DNA of 64,000 nucleotides from Caecitellus pseudoparvulus (taxonomy: Eukaryota > Protista > Bigyra: Bicosoecida), in assembly GCA_965644315.1 (NCBI GenBank), contig CBFFRQ010000057.1:667018-731017 (forward strand), in the 5' to 3' direction. This document shows positions 57,126-64,000 of the stretch, piece after piece. Positions within the stretch are counted from its first letter, which is position 1; every line of letters starts with the position of its first letter. Position numbers and translations under genes: made by a program. The notes below the pieces were generated by a model, which was not told where the DNA came from, ran no database searches, and was given only the letters and a program-made list of their open reading frames with translations.

Positions 57126-58192
57126 TCAGCTGGCACGGGAGAAACATGCACACGAAATCGGAATGCAGGACCTGAGCTGCCCCCAAGGCGTGCCCCAAGA
57201 GTTCAACCACAAGTCTGGACGCTGCAGGCCACGTACATGAATGCTCGCTGTGAGGCCTGCCAAGATGAAGTCGGCGGCAAGGCATGCGGCAGCAGACAAG
57301 TTGAAGGCAAACAGTGCCGCGACGTCCTGCAGCACGTGGCCCTCCAGGTCAACAGAAGTCCACGCAGCCCCCAATGTGCAGCCTCCAATGTGCTCCAGGA
57401 TGAGGGACTTAGCAGGGTCAATGCTGTTTCCAGTGAGAGGGGGGTTAGATCCTTCAGCATCACCATCCGCCCCGGAGCATACCCGGCCGTCTTGGACAAG
57501 CAGGCGCCCCCAGAAGCTGAGCAGGGTGAGGGAGAGCATGAAGAGCAATCCGGCAAACTGCACCCAGTCCACTACGCCGCATTGATTGGGGCAAACCTGC
57601 GAGAGGCTTGTCACTGCTTTGCTCGCTGAGCTGTCTGGGCGCTCATCCCAAGGCTCACTGGCGCTGGCCGGCCGGGGCGAGCTGCCGCGCCCAAGCTGCA
57701 AAAACGCACAAGGCAGGGATAGGCGGCCCCACAGCATCCCAACTGCTACAATCATGCACAAGACAATGTAGTTCATCATGGTTGACAGCAGCAATCCGTG
57801 CATGGTGGTGTAGTGGTCGTGACACTGACTGAGACCTCCAGGCAGGCCAGGGGTCCTCATGCCAAGGGTTTCGTTCAGCTCAAGCTGGGAGTCTTGGTAC
57901 TCCTGTTCTGGTGTTCCACATCCACAAGTATAGTGCCAAACGGAGCTACCGCAGTTCCCTGTGTCTCGCAGAACAGCACTGCAAGCTAAAGTGCACGTGC
58001 CAATGGATGGCACCGCTGCAACGTCTGCGGAGCAGTCAGCATCTGAGGCAGGGGAGGGCTGTGACCACTGCTGAACATCCGCACCAGACACACTGCCCTC
58101 GCAGAAACATGCCCCCAGTAGTGGGGTCGCGCAGCCATAGCCTGGTACAGGTGCCCTGTCGATGACATACGTCCTGTAGAAGGCATACGGGT
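57126..58192 (-). pseudogene. 3' part of a Cys-rich membrane protein gene interrupted by the Ngaro insertion
   Basis: The frame is open right up to the element junction and the ORF-track start lies inside repeat A1. Encodes a Cys-rich ectodomain plus about 3 TM segments. Confidence 0.7.
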
Positions 58193-58371
58193 CCGAGGTT
58201 GCCGGCACCCCAGCCGGCAACCATGTTTCCCGGCAGGAGGGGCGGCGGGCAGTCCCACGCTAGTGGCACAATTGTCCCCCGCCGCCCCAACGCAGAGTAG
58301 ACGACGGCAGGACCGGGCATGACAAAACCAGTCATTAGCCGGCCTCGTCACTCTCTTTCCTTTTTTTTCGA
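58193..58371 (+). repeat. Ngaro repeat A1
   Basis: Matches 63673-63860 apart from the terminal T-tract length. Confidence 0.95.
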
Positions 58372-58372
58372 G

Positions 58373-60454
58373 ATGGCATCGGATGATCCAGCTTCCAGCG
58401 ACACGGAGGGCGGAAGCTGGGAGGACATCCACGACAAAATGATGTCTGTCAACTCCGCCAAGCAAGCCAAGGCGCTCATAACGGAGCAGGAGTTCGAGTA
58501 CTGGCTGAAGTGGGCGGATTCTGAGGATTTTGGTAAGATGGAGGCCGCTTGGCGCCTCCGGGAGGTGCCCGAGGGATTCCGGGCAGATCGCATGCGATCC
58601 CTCATTGCGGGCAGAGCTTTCCGCCTCCCCGCTGACGGTGCCCCTCATCGCGCAGGCGGCTCACCACGGGGGCACGGCACGAAGCGAACCCGTCCGCGCG
58701 GTGCGAGCAGTGGCACGCCCTACGGCCCGCACCTACCCCCGCGCCCGACCCAGCCGGACGCAGTCGCAGGCGACCTCCCGCAAGATCCCGCCACAGTGCT
58801 TACGTGGTTCCTGCAGAGGGGAGCGACGGTGCCGAGCGAGGACGTCGCCGTGCAGCTGCAGTTCTACGTGGGCTTGGCAACGGAGGAGACATCGCCGTAC
58901 GCCCTCTCCGCTTGGCCTCCACGGCGCTTCGCCGCATGGTGCAGACTCAACGGTATTCCCCCCGACCTCACCCCCGACGACATCGTGATGCATTTGCAGC
59001 GGGTCCTGGAGGCCGCGCTGGCGGGCGACGACGACTTTGGCGACGACGATGCCGGCGCCCCGTTCTTTCCCGTTTTCCCGGGCACCACACCGGATGCCGC
59101 CCGGTTACAGCCCCGTGCGGCGGCCCCGGGTCACCCCCCGGCCTCCAAGAGGCACAGGGCGGCCTATAGCCCGCAGCCCCCCTCCCCCGTGGGGCGGCGG
59201 AGCCTCGCCGGCAGTCCACCCCGAAGGCGGGTCGGCTGTTTTCGGTCACATGGGGGAGAACAGCGGTCGGTCGTCGCCAGCCGACGAGGTACTGGTCACT
59301 GTAGGCGCGCTGCGGGTCATTGGGCCGACCGCACACCCCTCGTCGGCGGTGGCCCGGGACCGCCTGTCAGCCTTGGGGGCAGTTTTCGCTGCGGGGACCA
59401 CAGACGCCTTGACCACGGTGGCTGTCGAGATGGCTGAGGCTGCTGCACGAGAGGTGCCCGCAGCAACGGGCCCAGTGCCGTCAGGTACGTTCCTGTCCCG
59501 CCAGCTCCCCCCCCACTCGCCCCGCGTGCCCGCTCCCGGCGACCCGTCCTGGCTCACAGCCCCCGGCGATGAGGTAGCCCCGCCGTCCGCGTCGGTCATG
59601 ATGGACGACGCTATGGACGTAGTGACTGCTGTACGCCTGGTGCAAGGGAGGGTGGAAGTTACAGTTGACCCAACCCATCTAGTGGCAGTAACTGGGGCGG
59701 GTGCCCTGTCGGCATGCCACATGCTGGGCAACCGTGGGGGCGCTTGGTGGCTTGCTGCGATGACCAGGGACTTGCTGACGGCGCCTTCCGACGACCTCCA
59801 CCGCTCCCTCCGAGCGTTCTGGTGGAAGTGGGCGTCCGAGGTGCCCGCCCTGGCAGACCAGCGGGGCCTGTGCCGAGCCATGGCGTGCGCACTCCTGATC
59901 ACAATCGCAGTGCGGGCCGTGGCGCAGACCGCCGCTGCGTTGCCCGAAGGCCAGCGCAGGCGATGGGCCCAGCTGACGTGGGCCTCCTGGGTGGCCACGT
60001 TCCGCACTAACGCCACCATTGTCATGATGGCGTCGGCGACGGGGCAAGCACTGGTGGCCAGCTCGCTGGCGCGCGAGGCATGGGCGGCCGGGGCCGCCGC
60101 CACACCGATGCCAGGTGCGGGGGCGGCCCGGCGCAAACCCCCGCTCGTGGCCCTCCCGCGGGGCTGTACCGGCAGGACGACCCGAGCACATTCGTGTGGT
60201 GCCCCGGGTGCGTCGGATCCGACCGGCGGCGCCGGTCGCTGGCATCCTGCCCACGCCTGGCCCAGCATGTGGCCCACCTGCGCCGGACCCACACAGTCGG
60301 AGGTAAGCCCGCAGAACTTACCCAGGCGCAGGCAGTGGCCATGCTGGTGCGCCAGTGGGAGCGGAAGGTGGCATCCAAGGGACGTGACTTCCAGCGGCGC
60401 ATGCAGCCCCGCGCTGTCACCACGGCCATGGTGGAGGCAGCTCTCAGCCTCTAG
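58373..60454 (+). CDS. Ngaro ORF1 (gag-like), split over frames; ends in a CxxC..H..H segment
   Basis: ATG directly after A1. ORFs 58319-59437, 59037-60479 and 60080-60454 overlap. WCPGC..LAQHVAHLRRTH motif. Confidence 0.5.
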
Positions 60455-60969
60455 GAGGTGGGCCGGAGCGCGGTGGTGAGAGCGACCACGGGGTACCGGG
60501 CCGTGCCCGTGGAGTGGAGGGCTGCCGCCCCGCTCTCGACAGACCACCGCGCCATGGCCGTGCTCATCGAATCAATGGTCCAGCAGCTGCATGGGGACCG
60601 TTGTTGGACTCCACCGGGGCTCTTCGAGGACATCTTGCGTGGGGGCTTGGACTGGGGCCCCCACCCCGTGGTCTCATACTGGGGTTGCCAGGAGGCCCAC
60701 GCTGACGTGTGTCCCGCATGCGGCGAGACCACTTCCAGATTACGGCAGCTTGAGCGGTGCGCAGCCATGCGACTGCTCACCGTGGTCACGCTGCGCGGGT
60801 GGGACCCCGCTTGGCTGCTGTTCCGCCGCCCCCCGGCAGCGGCATCCCCGTCCTCGGCATACGTGCTGCAGCCGCACGACGAGCGGGCGGTGGCAGCGGC
60901 CTATGACGCCTTCGCGGCTGCGCGCGTGCTGCAGCCGGTCACCCCCAGCAGCTGCAGCAGCACCGAAAG

Positions 60970-62672
60970 ATGGGGGGGCCAGCCGCTTCTGCCTTCGTTG
61001 TCACGACATGGGCCCCCCAGCCGGGCGTCAGCGACGAAGCTCTGCGACAGTGGGCTGCTGCGAACCCAGGCGAGGCGGTGCAGGCCGCCAGCTCTTCCCG
61101 CGCGCCCGCCCGCCCGAGCCGCCTGTTCCGGGCCAAGCAGCGGGTGGTGTACGATCTGGCAGCCGTCAACCAGGCCTCAGTGAGCCCCCCATTCCACTAC
61201 CCCACGCTGGAGAGCTGGGCGCTGCGCCTCCCGCCGAACTCGGACTGTGTTGTCCTGGACGTGGAAGCAGGGTACACGGCCATCCCCATCGCTCCGTCGG
61301 GCGCCGGACTGTTCACCATGCTCGCCCAGGGCAGGCCAGCCTTCCGCATGCTTCGGATGGCCTTCGGGTACAGCCCGGCCGGGGCCATTTTCTGCTTTTT
61401 TTCTGGACTTCTGGGCGCCAAGATCGAAGCGGCGTTCCCAGCAGGGCATGTGGTTGTGTACGTAGACGACGTCGGGCTTGGGGGAGCTACGTTGGGGCCA
61501 CGGCCATCGATCGTGCCCAAGATAACTCAACTGTTCGAGGACGTGGGCTTCCGGGTGTCGCGCAAGAAGACGCAAGGGCCACAGCGCGTCGTTCAGTACT
61601 TGGGGATGGTGGTCAGGTGTGCCCCGTGTGGGGTGTACCTTGAGTGTCCTCAAGCCAAACGAACTCAGCTGCGGTGGCAGCTGGCCGCGGTCCTTAATCG
61701 CCTCGGCGCTTGCTCCACCATCCCCAAGCGCGTTTTCGCCGCGGTCACAGGGCGCTTGCACGGCCTGTCGGCCGTGGTGCCCCACGCAAAACAAACGCTG
61801 TCGCTCTTGTACGACACCATGCGCACACACAAGTACCGCGTCGGCCCCCCGGCGCTCTCGTGCCTGTCCCCCCGGCGTCGCACGGGGCCCTGCGGACCCT
61901 CCTTGAGGCCCTCGGTGGGCCGTTATCGACGGGCCCGATGCGCCCGCTCTCCCCACTGTCAAGCAGGTGGCGCGCCGCCCTCTTTGGCTCGTGCGACGCG
62001 TCGGGGGAAGGCGGGCTGGGGGCAACAGTGTCGAGGTGGGCAGGGCCAGGAGAACGCACAGACTCCGCTTGGTACGCGTCCATGCGCATCCCCGGCACAG
62101 CCCCGGGCGAGGAGCTCGTGGGAGCCTCCACGATGCTGGAGCTGTACGCAATCGCCTTGGCTATGGCAATGGCGCGGCATGTTTTTCCCGAGCCGGGGCC
62201 GCTGCTGCTATGCCTAGCTGCGGACAGCCAGGCAGCGGTGGCGCTGGCGCGACGAGGGTACAGCAAGCACAGCCGTGAACTCACGCGCGTCTGCGGGGTC
62301 CTCGAGCGGGTTTCCCGCGTTTTGGACGTCCACTTGGCGCCTCGGTGGATCCCGAGGAGCCTGAATTGGCGGGCGGACGCCCTCAGCCACCCCGAAAGGG
62401 TGGATAGCAGCACACCGGCAGCGCTCGGCCTCCCGCCAGGGCAACCAGCCGAGCTGGAGGTATCAGCAGGGGGAAGCAGCGCCGCTGAGCGGTGGCATGA
62501 TGTGTCCCTAGACGTAGGGCCGTCGGGAAAGGCCGGGGCGGGCACCGCGTGGATTCACTCAGCTCAACTCTCCGTCGCCCTGCACAGACACACTCTGGAT
62601 AAGGAAGCAGACCTTCTGGCAGATGATCAGGGCCATCCCCGCGTCCCCGATCAGCAGGATTCACCAACATAG
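60970..62672 (+). CDS. Ngaro reverse transcriptase + RNase H (-1 frame change near 61845-61850)
   Basis: RT: LDVEAGYTAIP, MAFGYSPAG, YVDD, QYLG. RNase H: CDASG..GLG, ELYAI, ADSQAA, WIPRSLNWRADALS. Confidence 0.88.
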
Positions 62673-63780
62673 GCTGGCAAAGGGGACGGTGGTCAAGTAC
62701 GTTCGCGCGGTTGCTGGCCTGATCAGGGCCGCTCCAGCACCCCGGGACAGGGCGCGGACCATGGTGGGCATCTTAACGGGCGGCGTGGCCGCAGGCAGAT
62801 GGGCCCCCCATCGGGCGAAGCAGATCCTGGCGCAATGGGTCGGTGGTTTTAGGTATCTGGGCCTGCCAATCCCGTCGCTAGCCCCGCTGGGGCTCACAGT
62901 CGGCAGCATCTGCCGGGCAATCCGCCGGCTCCACCGAGGGAGAGGGGAGCAACACCGCCGCCCTATCAGCAAAGAACAAGTCATGGAGGCCATGAAGCGG
63001 GCATGGGACGGGCCACACCTCGGGAGGCATGCCCCAACTGCCGCCGCAGCTATCTACATCGGCTTTCATGGCATGTGCAGGCCGGGAGAGCTCCGGGGCC
63101 TGCGATGGGAGGAGTTGCACTTCGGGCGGGCGGGCCCCCTGCAGTGGGTGGAGGCCAGGGTCACGGATAAAACGCACCTGAGTGCAAACCGCCACATCCA
63201 GGTGGTGCGCCAGGCCGAGTGGGCGGGGGCCTTCGACCGCCTCCGGGAGCAGGCCCGGGACAAGCGGGGAAGCCTGCTCCCAAGGTGGGCGTGGCTCAGC
63301 CTGCAAGGCATCCTGAAGGCTGTAGCGGGCGTGTCCTTGGCCCACCTGAGACCCGGGGGCAATATGTTCTGGACAGGCCGGGCCCCCGACGTCTTGGTGG
63401 AGCACGCGGCGGGCTGGGCGGCTGGCTCCCCCACCCGGGCACGATACTACACCCAGGGGGGTGGGGGCGAGGCTGTGGCACGAGGCCATGACACCCAGGG
63501 GAGGAAGCAAGCATTGAAAAGTATTGGCGGGTGCCGCAAGGAGGCGTCCCCTCCCCCAAGAGATGCAGCGAGCCCTGGTGGCCGCTGGCATAGAGGGGGG
63601 AGGGGACGGCCTCGAGGCGGGCCCAGTTCAATGCATTTCGATTGCCACGCACAACGCACCAACACGAGGGAACCGAGGTTGCCGGCACCCCAGCCGGCAA
63701 CCATGTTTCCCGGCAGGAGGGGCGGCGGGCAGTCCCACGCTAGTGGCACAATTGTCCCCCGCCGCCCCAACGCAGAGTAG
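62623..63780 (+). CDS. Ngaro tyrosine recombinase
   Basis: Catalytic set GMCRPGEL (R), DKT (K), HLRPGG (HxR), AGW (W) and ARYY (Y). Overlaps the RNase H end. Confidence 0.88.
   Translation: MIRAIPASPISRIHQHRLAKGTVVKYVRAVAGLIRAAPAPRDRARTMVGILTGGVAAGRWAPHRAKQILAQWVGGFRYLGLPIPSLAPLGLTVGSICRAIRRLHRGRGEQHRRPISKEQVMEAMKRAWDGPHLGRHAPTAAAAIYIGFHGMCRPGELRGLRWEELHFGRAGPLQWVEARVTDKTHLSANRHIQVVRQAEWAGAFDRLREQARDKRGSLLPRWAWLSLQGILKAVAGVSLAHLRPGGNMFWTGRAPDVLVEHAAGWAAGSPTRARYYTQGGGGEAVARGHDTQGRKQALKSIGGCRKEASPPPRDAASPGGRWHRGGRGRPRGGPSSMHFDCHAQRTNTREPRLPAPQPATMFPGRRGGGQSHASGTIVPRRPNAE
63523..63672 (+). repeat. Ngaro repeat B1
   Basis: Identical to 63860-64000 over the visible length. Confidence 0.95.
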
Positions 63781-63860
63781 ACGACGGCAGGACCGGGCAT
63801 GACAAAACCAGTCATTAGCCGGCCTCGTCACTCTCTTTCCTTTTTTTTTCTTTTTCTCGA
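63673..63860 (+). repeat. Ngaro repeat A2
   Basis: Copy of A1, directly abutting B1. Confidence 0.95.
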
Positions 63861-64000
63861 TTGGCGGGTGCCGCAAGGAGGCGTCCCCTCCCCCAAGAGA
63901 TGCAGCGAGCCCTGGTGGCCGCTGGCATAGAGGGGGGAGGGGACGGCCTCGAGGCGGGCCCAGTTCAATGCATTTCGATTGCCACGCACAACGCACCAAC
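63860..64000 (+). repeat. Ngaro repeat B2 (truncated by the window edge)
   Basis: Copy of B1 at an offset of 337 bp. Confidence 0.95.

Larger units (their letters stand above)
58193..64000 (+). mobile_element. Ngaro-type tyrosine-recombinase (DIRS-order) retrotransposon, A1-ORFs-B1-A2-B2; runs just past the window end
   Basis: Split direct repeats flank gag-like, RT (YVDD), RNase H and YR coding regions. Confidence 0.93.

Overview
A gene-dense, GC-rich nuclear segment from a eukaryotic protist. It has short GT-AG introns (about 64-110 nt) and very small intergenic gaps. The composition, intron style and an Ngaro retrotransposon suggest a bicosoecid/Cafeteria-like stramenopile (inference). 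About 25 protein genes are supportable: a pepsin-type protease, LMW-PTP, a PH-filamin protein, a coactosin-like protein, an Ndc1-like protein, a PsuG-PsuK fusion, LMBR1, a CDPK-like kinase, PXMP4, mS38, EMC6, insulysin, an AP2 protein, MND1, SPB1, cytochrome b5 reductase, a MYST acetyltransferase and several hypotheticals. The main hidden structure is a 3 x 310-bp tandem array right after the SPB1 stop codon. Each unit reads as an intron carrying a box H/ACA snoRNA plus a short non-coding exon. The two guide pockets match the conserved LSU rRNA targets of yeast snR34 / human U65 (SNORA65), so the 3' UTR of the rRNA methyltransferase SPB1 appears to host a triplicated guide RNA for the peptidyl-transferase centre. 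The last 5.8 kb is a near-complete Ngaro tyrosine-recombinase retrotransposon (A1-gag-RT/RNaseH-YR-B1-A2-B2) inserted into a host coding sequence. Family calls come from motif recognition by eye; no database searches were run.
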